Source of the DNA: Eledone cirrhosa
Lineage: Eukaryota
DNA: 64,000 nucleotides
Assembly: GCA_964016885.1 (NCBI GenBank)
Contig: OZ024744.1
Coordinates: forward strand, 31,992,001 to 32,056,000
Direction of reading: 5' to 3'
Position 1 is the stretch's first letter. Every line of letters begins with the position of its first letter. Below are positions 1 through 12,479 of the stretch, piece by piece. The position numbers and the translations under genes are program-made. The notes under the pieces were generated by a model. That model was not told the origin of the DNA. It did not search any database and worked only from the letters and a program-made list of their open reading frames with translations.

Positions 1-287
1 TGCCACTCTCTCTCATTCTGTTGTAACTCTCTCTCACTGTTGTATCTCTTACTTTCTTTCTCTCTCTCTCAATCTCTATCTCTCTGTTGTAAATCTTTCT
101 CACTGTTGCAACTCTTACTTTCTTTCTGACTCTCTCTCCCTCTCTTTGTTGTAACTCTCTCTTACTGTTGTATCTCTTACTTTCTTTCTCACCTCTCCCT
201 CTCTCTCTCTGTGGAAACTCTCTCTCACTGTTGTATCGCTTACTTTCTTTGTCGCTCTCTCTCTCTCTCTGTCTGTGGTATCTCTTA

Positions 288-329
<42 letters not shown>

Positions 330-387
330 CTCTCTCTCTGCTGTTTCTTCTGTCTCACTGTTGTATCTCTTACTTTCTTTCTCACTC

Positions 388-453
<66 letters not shown>

Positions 454-1016
454 TGTAACTCTCTCTCACCGTTGCATCTCGTACTTTCTTTCCCACTCTC
501 ACTCTCTCTGTTGTAACCCTCTCTCACTGTTGTATCTCTTACTTTCTTTCTCTCTCTCTCTCTCTCTCTCTCCTCTCTCTCTCCTCTCTCTCTCTCTCTC
601 GTACTGCTGTGCCTCTTACGTTCTCACTTTCTCTCTCTCTGTTGTAACTCTCTCTCCCGGTTGTATATCTTACTTTCTTTCTCCCTCTCTCTCTCTCTCT
701 TTAACTCCCTCTTTCTCTGTATCTCTTACTTTCTTTCTCACTCTCTCTCTCTCTCTCTGCTGTAACTCTCTCTCACCGTTGCATCTCGTACTTTCTTTCT
801 CACTCTCACTCTCTCTGTTGTAACCCTCTCTCACTGTTGTATCTGTTACTTTCTTTCTCACTCTCTCTCTCTCTCTCTCACTGCTGTACCTCTTACGTTC
901 TCACTTTCTCTCTCTCTGTTGTAACTCTCTCCACCTGTTGTATATCTTACTTTCTTTCTCACTCTCTCACTCTCTCTTGTAATTCCCTCTATCTCTGGTA
1001 TCTCTTACTTTCTTTC

Positions 1017-1055
<39 letters not shown>

Positions 1056-1367
1056 TGTAACTCTTCATCACCGTTGTATCTCTCATTTCCTTTCCCACTC
1101 TCTCTCACTCTCTCTGTAAACTCTCTCTCACTGTGGTATCTCTTACTTTCTCTCACACTCTCTCCCTCTGTTGCAACTCTCTCTCACTGTTGTATCTCTT
1201 ACTTTCTCACTGTCTCTCGCTCTGTTGTAACTCTCTCTCTCACTGTTGTATATCTTACTTTCTTTCTCCCTCTCTCTCTCTGTGTTGTAACTATTCATCA
1301 CCGTTGTATCACTTACTTCCTTTCCCACACACTCTCTCTCTCCCTATCTCTCTCTCTCTCTCCATCT

Positions 1368-1437
<70 letters not shown>

Positions 1438-1545
1438 GTTGTAACTCTCTCTCACTGTTGTAGCTCTTACTTTCTTTCTGAATATCCCTCTCTCTCTCTG
1501 TTGTAACTCTCTCTCTCCCTGTTGTTTTATCTTACTTTCTTTCTC

Positions 1546-1583
<38 letters not shown>

Positions 1584-1847
1584 AACTCCCTCTGTCTCTG
1601 GTATCTCTTACTTTCTTTCTCACTCTCTCTCTCTCTGCAGTAAACTCTCTCTCACTGTTGTATCTCTTACTTTCTTTCCCACTCTCTCTCTGCCTATTTT
1701 GTAGCACTCTCTCACTGTTGTATCTCTTACTTTCTTTCTCACTCTCTCTCTCTCTGCTGTAACTCTCTCTCACCGTTGCATCTCGTACTTCCTTTCTCAC
1801 TCTCACTCTCTCTGTTTAACCCTCTCTCACTGTTGTATCTCTTACTT

Positions 1848-1889
<42 letters not shown>
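1..1889. repeat. CT-rich composite minisatellite: motif TGTTGTAACTCTCTCTCACTGTTGTATCTCTTACTTTCTTTCTC separated by (CT)n
   Basis: The motif recurs throughout; overlapping ORFs are SL/ER low-complexity artefacts. Confidence 0.9.
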
Positions 1890-1892
<3 letters not shown>

Positions 1893-1923
1893 CGCCGATT
1901 TTTCGATACTCGATCTTTCTAAT

Positions 1924-2123
1924 NNNNNNNNNNNNNNNNNNNNNNNNNNNNNNNNNNNNNNNNNNNNNNNNNNNNNNNNNNNNNNNNNNNNNNNNNNNNN
2001 NNNNNNNNNNNNNNNNNNNNNNNNNNNNNNNNNNNNNNNNNNNNNNNNNNNNNNNNNNNNNNNNNNNNNNNNNNNNNNNNNNNNNNNNNNNNNNNNNNNN
2101 NNNNNNNNNNNNNNNNNNNNNNN
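1924..2123. other. Assembly gap (run of N)
   Basis: 200 N characters. Confidence 1.
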
Positions 2124-3240
2124 CATTGTGACTATGAATTAGGGAGCTGCGCTGTTTGTCCGCAAACCAAGTTCGGTCATACTTTGGGTCCAAGCGGGTT
2201 GTATATAACCCGTAGCACCAGCTAAAGGTGTATCTTGGATACTGGATTTGTAAGCTCCTCATCAATGGTCCGTAGATGTCCTCCTTCTCCTGTATTTTTC
2301 TGACAACGTTTACATCAAGTGGGCAGCTGATCTCCACAACAGAACACGTTTTCAATGTGTGGTCCCAAACTACAATATCAGGCCGGTTGTGCTTTAATTT
2401 GGTGGCAGTTTTTATTTTCAGGTTCCACCAGTATTCCTTAGTGCCATCTGTCTCAATATATTCTTCCTCGTTTGTTGTTAATTTTGTTTTCCGAAGTGCG
2501 TTCCAGATAGTTCTAGCTATCCCATCGTGTCTCATGGGGAGGTAGTAGCGAGATGACATTCTTTCGCAGCTGGCAACAATGTGGCTTACATCCTCGATCT
2601 TTGTTTTACATAGCCTACATTTATTGTCAGCTGCTGGCCCTCCTCTTTTGTGCAGCAGATATTTGGTAGGGAGTTCTTGTTCCTGTATTGCATAGAGATA
2701 TCCCTCAAGGTGTGATGTCATAAACTTGTCGGAACTCCATGCCAGGCTTTTTGAGTGGTTTATCCCCTCTATGGTCTGTGTTTTACGCCTCAAGTATCCA
2801 TGCACAACTTTCTCTGTAAATTGGTCAATTTTTTTTTCTTGTTTGAACATTGAATAGGATCTTCCGATTTCTCTGGGTGAGAGATTTATATCAGGCTTTA
2901 TTCCATATCTCTCCTCCAGATCAGTCGCTATTCTAATGATATTTCTTTTTTCATGCTCATAAACCTGAGCAAGATGGTCGCCAACCTTTTTCCTCTGTTG
3001 AAGGTGTTGCTTCAGTGTTACTATCCGGGTCTCATATGTTGTTAATATTGATTTTAGACCCCGGCCACCTTCCTTGCGTGAGAAGTATAGCCTATCCACA
3101 TCACCATTGATGTTAAAGTTCCCAGTAACACTGAGAAGTTTACGAGTTCTAACATCCATCTCACTTAGTTCTTGCAATGACCAGTTCAGTAGGCCAAATG
3201 TTGGCGTTATAATTGGCACAGCATAGGTATTGTGGGCAAT
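2124..3240 (-). mobile_element. 5'-truncated non-LTR retrotransposon fragment with restriction-like endonuclease (R4/Dong-like): RT C-terminus, CCHC knuckle, PD-(D/E)xK nuclease
   Basis: Translation contains DVDRLYFSRKEGGRGL, CRLCKTKIEDVSHIVASC, RHD and RPDIVV...VVEISC. The 5' end abuts (TATG)n at 3251-3336. Confidence 0.85.
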
Positions 3241-3384
3241 GTATTTGTTGTATGTATGTATGTATGTATGTATGTATGTATGTATGTATGTATGTATGTA
3301 TGTATGTATGTATGTATGTATGTATGTATGTATGTATTGGTGAGGAGGGTGACTTTGGACATCCTGCAGGACTAAAAACAAAAC

Positions 3385-5739
3385 CTCTGTGCGTGATTTG
3401 GCTCAGCTCAGCCAATCAGCGCCAGTAGAAGAGGATGTATCCCTATGCGTTCTGAGGGAGAAATAGCCCGCAAAGATTTGAGGACGCCATCACTTCCAGG
3501 CTAGAGGACTTCCAGGCTTGACCATGCTAAGTAAAAACCGCTTGTTCTTTTGCTCCGCCAGCGCAAACAATATGTAACGACAAAACATTACCTACGAGCC
3601 TGGCCAAACGCCTTCAGCCAGTCGCCCTTATTTTCTCTTGTAATCTTAATTGAATTATTTCATTTCTCTGGGCATGCCAGCTCAACCTCTGTTAATAAAT
3701 AATGTAAAACCAAGCTAAAGTCGTTGTTGATATTCCTATCATATCTCTCTACCAAACCTGGTTCCTCGTGGCGACATTACAACACTCTATCTACCAAATT
3801 GGAATTTACATCTTTCACCAAATTGGTGACTCTTCGACGATAAAGAATGAAAACGCAGCCTATTTGTATTCGCCATTCGTTTTAACGGCAATATGGAGTG
3901 GCTTAACATTGGGAATATTCGAATCGGGTTGCTAGACTCGCTTAGCGTAAGTCCAAATAATTCATAATATTCTATTTGTTGAAGCACACGACCTGCACAA
4001 TATTTCTGTCATATCTGTCTGCTGACTCATGCATACAGACGAACAAAAAAATACAACACAAAAGAAAGCGTTTTTTTTCGACGTCTAACAAAAAATTTCT
4101 CTTTTGGAGTGAACATTATTATTGCGAGCATAGTTTGATAGAGACAGAAGAAAAAACAAACAATTTCTCTGGATATAGAATTTTGCTTTCAACGTTCTGT
4201 TGAAATTGCAAATGCAGACTCAAAAATTTTGTTTTCCCGCGTTCAGCTTGTCTTCTTCGATCCCAGCCATCTGATTGGCTGCATCGTGCCACATGACGGC
4301 TTCTTCATCACGGACACATTTTTCGATCGGCCATCATGGAAAATCATTTTTTTTCTTTAGAATATTTTCAAATTTTCTTTAGAATTTTTTTAGAGAACAA
4401 AATTACCAGTATTTCCAAAACTTTACGCCACGACGAGATTTCAAAACGGCTACCACCAAGTACCAGCCATCAGCGGCAACACATGGCTATATTAACCAAC
4501 ACCAGGAAATGGCTTGTAACTTTACCGACGCAACCACCATACCTTCTGTCTCGTTACCACAAGGACTCGAGAAATTAAGACATTAGTTTTCTCACCATTA
4601 TGGCGTCAGACATGGCTGCCATATCGGTGACGCTAGGTTCTTTAACGCTCGAATTCGACTCTACAGAAGATTCATTGTGACTTTGCTTTAACAACAATTC
4701 TTTCTTTCTTCCTTTTTTTTCAGGCATTTATTTTGGACATTTATTTTTTTAAAACTGTATTGTATTAAAATTCATTTCTCTCTATCATTATATATTGACC
4801 GCACGCACACATTTTCTTTGCTGTATTACATGGAACTGCAACTCACCTACAGATTCAACTTGCTTTGTTTTTCCTTATCAAAGCAACAAGCCATTTTTTC
4901 CTGGCTCCATAGCACATTCGGCAATACATCTGGGAGGCCATCATTTTCTCGCCAGCACTGGTAAACTACCATAATAGCTTCGTTCACAGCTACTGGTACA
5001 ACGTTTACCATTAACGTTTAATGCAACAACAGCAACTTCGCCCATGTCAGACTTTATCTGTTTTCTGGTAGACCTTTCTCGTCACGTATAAACTACAAAA
5101 CAGCTAGTCATTTGACAGCGGCTCAACACGGCCCGTCGCGCCTAATTTTTTTTGTTCTTGCATGCATCTTTCTGCTCAATTATTTTTTTCATTGATGTGC
5201 TCTTTCAGCATTTGTTCTTGCTGATTCAATTATCTGTGGGTCCTCGGTTTCTTCGTTAACGATTTTCGGCTGAAAATCTGCTCGGAGGTGATGTAGTGAC
5301 CTACATTCCGCGGGCTCACATACATTCTCTGTGCGTGATTTGGCTCAGCTCAGCCAATCAGCGCCAGTAGAAGAGGATGTATCCCTACGCGTTCTGAGGG
5401 AGAAATAGCCCGCAAAGATTTGAGGACGCCACCACTTCCAGGCTAGAGGACTTCCAGGCTAGAGGACTTCCAGGCTTGACCATGCTAAGTAAAAACCGCT
5501 TGTTCTTTTGCTCCGCCAGCACAAACAATATGTAACGACAAAACATTACCTACGAGCCTGGCCAAACGCCTTCAGCCAATCGCCCGTATTTTCTCTTGTA
5601 ATCTTAATTGAATTATTTCATTTCTTTTGGCATGCCAGCTCAACCTCTGTTAATAAATAATGTAAAACCAAGCTAAAGTCGTTGTTGATATTCCTATCAT
5701 ATCTCTCTACCAAACCTGGTTCCTCGTGGCGACATTACA
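3385..5739 (+). mobile_element. Degenerate non-autonomous LTR retrotransposon (Gypsy-like); LTRs about 3385-3781 (5'-clipped) and 5292-5739
   Basis: Near-identical ~400-bp direct repeats. The right copy runs TGTAGTG...CATTACA and is preceded by purine-rich GGAGGTGA. A PBS-like TGGTGAC lies at ~3824. The interior has no intact ORF. Confidence 0.7.
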
Positions 5740-5877
5740 ACTCTCTAAAATACTTCTCCGTTAAAATTGGAATTTACATCTTCAACTAAATCTGGTGACA
5801 ACACAGCTTTCACCAAACTGTCAAAGGGCAAAGGAGCTCTTAAGAGTCAATGGCCATCCAAAATCACCGGGAGAGAT

Positions 5878-6075
5878 GACCCCTTAGCCTTTGTCAAGGC
5901 AGAATCCTAGGAGAAGGAAAACTCTGATATAACACCTGCAACCCTGATGGTATCCAATGATGTTGACTTGTTCTTCTTTTTGGTAAATATCATCTTGGTT
6001 AAGAGAGTGGGACTGGCTTTGTGCAGTGTCTTTGCTCACTATAAAAGCTTCACGGCACAGGCATTGCTTTATATC
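5878..6075 (+). repeat. Dispersed repeat resembling an RTE-clade 5' UTR; relatives at ~34065-34612, ~37430-37538 and 3337-3385
   Basis: Shared CCCTAGCCTTTGTCAGGCA..CTAGGAGAAGGAAA..AAACC segments among the copies. Confidence 0.55.
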
Positions 6076-6297
6076 TGGAGATCTCTCTGCACTTGTCGTC
6101 ACATGGTACCATGGGCCCAGCAATATGTGTCAATAATTGTCACAAATGCAGTGTTTTTACCAGAGTTTTCAAGTCGCTGGCTGGACTAAAAAGTCACACT
6201 CGTTCAGCGCATCAGTTGGGGTTCTCCTACATGGATATGAAGTAGTGGCCGTACTCGAAAACGAGTTGGCAGCCACCATGTATATATACATACATAC

Positions 6298-6386
<89 letters not shown>

Positions 6387-6629
6387 CATATATATACATA
6401 CATACATACATACATACATATACATATATATATATATGCGCATTCTGCCTGCAATTTCATCTTTTATGGTTACATTAAAACAAATTTATTATTATTTAAT
6501 GATTCTGTATATGATCCGCCGTCTTTGAGAGTTGCCACATATCTTCTTTAATTCTGCACTCGACTTGTTAAAATATGATTATTCAACATTTTTCTTAAAA
6601 AATCTAATAAATTATAGTATTTTACACTT

Positions 6630-6720
<91 letters not shown>

Positions 6721-6723
<3 letters not shown>

Positions 6724-6757
6724 AAGTTTTTACCGGTTGCGCATTTCTAATGCTTTT

Positions 6758-6834
<77 letters not shown>

Positions 6835-6868
6835 AAGTTTTTACCGGTTGCGCATTTCTAATGCTTTT

Positions 6869-6871
<3 letters not shown>
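6721..6871 (-). ncRNA. Two tandem 40-bp variant hammerhead fragments (6721-6760, 6832-6871) embedded in (TA)n
   Basis: Minus strand reads TTGAAAA GCATT-AGA-AATGC GCAA CCGG TA AAAA. The same motif is in PLE pLTRs at 36149 and 56350. Confidence 0.6.
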
Positions 6872-6949
<78 letters not shown>

Positions 6950-6955
<6 letters not shown>

Positions 6956-8110
6956 TAACAGATTAAAGTTTAAGCAAACAATCGCTGCTTTCACCCTTAA
7001 CGAGATCTTCTGAAACTAAAAAAATCAATCTGTGAACGCAGAAGTAAATATTTCGAAAAACGTTGCAAGCGAAGGAAGATAGGAAGATGATACTTTGCTT
7101 AGTGGCAAAGTACCCTGGCAGAGAACGAAAAATAAATCGAAGATAATACGTTATTATTTTGAGCTGTGAAAACAATTACACGCAAAGACAAAATCAGGTT
7201 CATGTTATAAATGAAGTCGTAGACTAATATTCTATTAGGTGGTTCGTGGAGACGTTCTCAGGCAATGAACGGAAAAAACGAAGATAATACGTCATTATGT
7301 GGAGCGGGAGAACAATTACACGCAAAGACAAAACCACGTTTATGGTATAACTGAAGTCGTAGACTTAGGAAACCAAATAATTCTCGGTTTCAGAGTTAAT
7401 AAATTACAGAGGTTATTGAAATCAACAATAATTAAATATATAGATGCACGCATCCATATACGTACATACACATGCATACGTGGAAACACCTGCCATGGGT
7501 ATGCAAATACAGGCACGTAACAAAACCACGCGCACACATACAAAAAACTCACGTAACGCCTGTACCCGCAGACATACGAACGTATACACCAAATACACAT
7601 AAAACATATAAATTAAAAAATAATATGTATAAATACATATATATATATAAAATATCTCGGAAGTTGTTTTTCGCTAATTTCCAATAGCCGAAATACGATT
7701 CTCGCTAATTTATATTTATATAAAATATATATATACATACATGTGTGTGTGTGCGCGTATACATATTATTATATAAACATATATAAATATACACACATAA
7801 ATACGTATATAACGCGCGCACACACACACACTCACTTGTAAATACACATATGTTCGCTAAACGTACGTAAAAAAACCCACAAAGTACACATATACGCACA
7901 CCCTACATACTTGCAAACTCGCATACTCACGTATGACGTAAAACTCACGTATAAACCTAACCATATACACATATACCAGTATATATGATAAATATATACG
8001 CCTATAACGAATACAAGAAAATATACGTACGAGAAAGTATACGTAACTTCACAAAACATACGAGTAAGGTATACGGGTATGTAATGGTATAAACATAAAA
8101 TATACTTAGC
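6950..8110. repeat. Dispersed repeat, probably the 3' UTR/pLTR of the adjacent PLE; second copy 27231-28349, inverted partial copy 9248-9480
   Basis: Both copies start TAAAATAACAGATTAAAG after (TA)n and stay collinear through a CA/TA-rich region. Confidence 0.75.
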
Positions 8111-8192
8111 TACCACATCAAGACGTAAATCGACCGCGTATAGTTCGTACTATCCATGAGGATATAATGTAGGGCTGTAATACAGGAAAGTT

Positions 8193-9250
8193 TTATGCCA
8201 TTTGTTTAGCAGCTGAAATTGTCTCAGATTTTTTGTTTAAGATGTGGTCATTGGTGTAGAGTATTTCCAGGTCTTCAGCGGCGCAGAGGTCACATGGTCT
8301 TTTATTTCCGTTATACGATCTAGCCTTAGCTAGGATCTCCCGGTGTACCCTATATTGGGTGTGGTTGTCTTTTAGACTCCAGATATAAGCTGAAAGTGAC
8401 GTCATATTCCTTCTTAAAGGGTTTAGAAAAGAATGGGTATGCATGTAAAGACGCTGCTTGAATTTATTGGCGGTTAACCCTATGTAGGCCCTACGGGACG
8501 TGGATGTCTCAACCTTACATTTGTAGACAATGTTATTAGAGAGGCATTTGCCGGATAGGGGGCAGTCAACCGATTCCTACAATTACAGTTAGTACTAGCT
8601 ACAGGGTTGCACGTGTTCCTACGACTAGGTAATTTAGCTAAATTTGAAGCAGTGATGTTATGTGCAAGGTTAAGAGGCGTAGAGTAAACAATGCTAATGG
8701 TATTTCTATTAAAAATGTTATTATATTTATGTGCTGGGGGAAATGCTTCATAATAAGGGAGAGAAAGATCTTCGCTAATGGTAGGGCCACCTCAATATTA
8801 TATGGTGCGTTATACCATATAATGCGTCGGGATCTATTTTCCCTAGGTCTATGCTCATACGCGGTATATGCTACCTTATCGACAAATCCACTCCAAGCAA
8901 GAGCTTCATTGTAATATGTGGAATGGTCGGTGAAAATATGCTCGTTTGTAGATAGACGAGAAAGCCTCAAACAAACGTTTCTTACAAGGTTATTGGTTAT
9001 GCTGGCAGGATGGTTAGAATGCTTGCTTATGTAATTAAGCGTATCATTCGGCCTTCTATACGGGTAGTGCAAGCCATTCGACAAATTGAGGGTAACGTCG
9101 AGGTAATTAACAACCGAGAGGTTGGCCTCAAACTGTATGGAGGGGTTGAAGCCTTTAAAGAAGGCTGTGAGTTCTTTTCTGAACCTGTCGCAAGCCCGTG
9201 AGCCGCACTTTGTCATGGTCAAAAGACCGTCATCACGGTACAAACCACAT
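8193..9250 (-). mobile_element. Penelope-like element 3' fragment (RT catalytic/thumb region plus GIY-YIG), frameshifted
   Basis: GLYRDDGL, VNYLDVTLNL, IIWYNAPY; then CPLSGKCLSNNIVYKC...AYIGLT..FKQR in another frame. Confidence 0.85.
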
Positions 9251-9472
9251 GTGTATACGTGAGTTTTGCGTTTGTGTGTGTATGCGGGTTTGCACGTATG
9301 TAGGGTGCGTGTATATGCGTACTTTGTGGGGTTTTTTACGTACGTTTGGCGAACGTATGTGTATTTACATGTGGGTGTGTGTGCGCGCGTTATATACGTA
9401 TTTATGTGTGTATATTTATATACGTTTATATAATTATATGTATACGCGCACACACACACATGTATATATATA

Positions 9473-9514
<42 letters not shown>

Positions 9515-9520
<6 letters not shown>

Positions 9521-10375
9521 GGAAAAAATGAAACGAAATTTCATTTCCCACTCTTAGTACGGCTGTTACTTAAATATAAGTATGTACACGTACATACATA
9601 TATGTATACAGACGTACAGTAGTATGCATATATATATATATAACAGTAGTATGTATACATATATACATACATGCACACATATATATATGTACGTATCGAT
9701 TCACCGAACATTTATCATAATGCTCGGTGTGTTTGTAAACAAACATCCCGTATTAAGCCGTAATGTCTAGCAACCATCGTTGCTCGTTTGTTCAACACTG
9801 ACAAAGGAACGCTGGACAAGTTTCAAGCTTATTAGCTATCGTCAGCAACATATACCTTCCTGCCAGTTTGTTGAACGTATATACTTACCTTATGAATATT
9901 AACGGCTGAGTAGCCCAATTTGCATATCGAGTCTGTTAATCGGCCGGGTGCACCGAAAACGATAAACGGAAGAAATGAAACGAAATTTCATTTCCCACTC
10001 TTAGTACGGTTGTTACTTAAATATAAGTATGTACACGTACATACATATATGTATACCGACGTACAGTAGTATGTATATATATACAACAGTAGTATGTATA
10101 CATATATACATACATGCACACATATATATATGTACGTATGGATTTACCGAACATTTATAATAATGCTCGGTGTGTTTGTAAACAAACATCCCGTATTAAG
10201 CCGTAGTGTCTAGCAACCATCGTTGCTCGTTTGTTCAACACTGACAAAGGAACGCTGTACTAGTTTCAAGCTTATTAGCTATCGTCAGCAACGTATACCT
10301 TCCTGCCAGATTGTTGAACGTATATACTTACCTTATGCATATTAACGGCTGAGTAGCCCAATTTGCATATCGAGT
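9515..10375 (-). mobile_element. About two tandem ~448-bp diverged units of the HHR-bearing 490-bp repeat family
   Basis: Collinear with the array unit. HHR on minus at ~10250-10293 reads ACGTTG CTGACGA TAGCTAATAAGCTT GAAA CTAG TA CAGCGT. Confidence 0.85.
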
Positions 10376-11003
10376 GGATTATAAAAATTAACTTACTAAA
10401 ATTTCACTCCAACTAATTAGTTTCTGAAAGGGAATAAACATGGTTTCCTAATGGAAAGCATAGAGAAGCCTTTCGTCATCCGGAAGTCTGTTCTCAGCTA
10501 AGTTACCAGGCGATTCGTGGACACAGGGAACTTATACAAAAATAATTCAGTGGATGGAAAAAAGCGAGCGTGGACTAAATTCCAAGACATTGAAAAAATC
10601 ACTGCCTACTTGGTCGGTGGCAAATTCAAAAGAATCAATCACGTGACATCGAGGTTAATCAGTGAGGAGTGGGGTGTTAAAAAGACAGTAGCCGAACCAT
10701 GAACTATAGTAGCAATTTGGCAAATTTTTGCTCAACAAAATAATTTGGAGGTAATTATAAAGAATTAGTATATCTACCAACATATATATATACAGATGTA
10801 TACCTATGCTAACATATATATAGGTTTTGTCTTATTAACTTTGTGGTTCAATGCAAGGGGATGCAGAACAATTATATGAAAGACGTAAAATAAGAAAATT
10901 ATAAAAATTAACTTACTAAAATTTCAACCAACTAATTAGTTTCTGAAAGGGAATAAACATGGTTTCCAAATGGAAAGCATAGAGAAGCCTTTCGTCATCA
11001 AGA

Positions 11004-11460
11004 AGCCGTACAGTGTTTAGGCAACCACGTCACCTTTTTGTTCAATACTGACACAGGAACGATGTACTAGTTTCAAGCTTATTAGCTATCGTCAGCATCG
11101 TATACCTTCCTGCCAGATGGTTGAACGTCTGAAAGTATATACTTTCCTTATGCATATTAACGGCTGGGCAGCCTAATTTGCATATCGAGTGAGTTCAGTC
11201 GGCCGGGCGCACCGAAAACGATAAATGGAATAGAATTAAACGAAATTTCATTTCTCACGCTTAGTACGGCACTTAAATGTAAGTATGTATGTATGTGTAC
11301 GTACATACATATATGTATACAGACGTACAGTAGTATGTATATATATACATACATGCAGACATATATATATGCACGTATCGGTTTACCGAACATTTATTAT
11401 AATGCTCGGTTTGTTTGTTTGTAAACAAACAAACAGCCCGAATTACGCTGTACAGTGTTT
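11004..11460 (-). mobile_element. One permuted unit of the same HHR repeat family
   Basis: Collinear. HHR at ~11059-11102 has a fully Watson-Crick stem I (ACGATG/CATCGT). Confidence 0.8.
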
Positions 11461-11465
11461 AAGCG

Positions 11466-11508
<43 letters not shown>

Positions 11509-11509
<1 letters not shown>

Positions 11510-12387
11510 CTTATATATAATTCCCGTTCTGTGTGTGTGTGTAAAAGAGTTTCACTTGGAAAATATTCCATCGATCTCTGTCAAATTAAACACATAGCCA
11601 AAATAGGCTACCGTTTGTAACATCAAGAACAAATTATTTCATAATGATTAATTTCGAAGTCACAAACTTCGATTTTATAATCTTATAGACTTTTGCACTA
11701 ACAAATTCCATGACGGCCATTAAAGTGAGAGAGCGTTCCTTTTACACACTTCTTAACTCTCCCCCTTCCACAACACAACGTTATGGGATTGTATGTGTAT
11801 GTGCGTGAGTATATGTGTGTGTATGTGTTTGTGTGTGTATGTGTGCGTGCATGTATGTGTGTGTGTGTAATTTCCATAACGGCCAGAGAGAGAAGGATGT
11901 GTGAGAGGGAGATAGAAAGAGAGGAGTGAGAGAGAGTAAAATAAAGAAAGAGAGGAGTGTGTGTGACGCGAATATGATAAATACAGCGTTTATAATTTTA
12001 ACTTATTTATTACACTTCTTAACTCTCCCCCTTCCACAACGTCACGTCTTGGGATTGTGTGCGTATGTGTGTGTGTGTGTGTGTTTGTGTGTATGTGTGT
12101 GTATGTTTGTGTGTGTATGTGTTTGTGTGTGTGTGTACATGATGGATGTTTTAAAATACACATTGTTCAACCGACACGGCTAACGATACATTTCTCTATG
12201 TTCACATTTTAATGACACATCTGTAAATAAAACTTGCTCTTTTTGAATACCGTCTCATTTTTTTTTATTGAAAGAGTTGATGAGGTAAAATTATCCTCCA
12301 AGTTAAACATACAACACGGAAATTGACCATTAACATTGCAGCCCTACCAAGAACTGACACCGTCCAATGGACGGTTGTCATTTGCTA

Positions 12388-12388
<1 letters not shown>
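11509..12388 (+). mobile_element. Non-autonomous Helitron
   Basis: 5' TC preceded by A; 3' hairpin ACCGTCC-AAT-GGACGGT about 10 nt before a terminal CTAG, which is followed by T; inserted in (TA)n. Confidence 0.8.
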
Positions 12389-12441
<53 letters not shown>

Positions 12442-12479
12442 AAATGTGGAGAGGAGGCACACGAGTTAGGATATATATA

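Noticed and set aside
1816-3381. 521-aa ORF as a single gene
   Set aside because: It runs through (TACA)n, a LINE fragment, an N gap and (GA)n; only 2124-3240 is meaningful.
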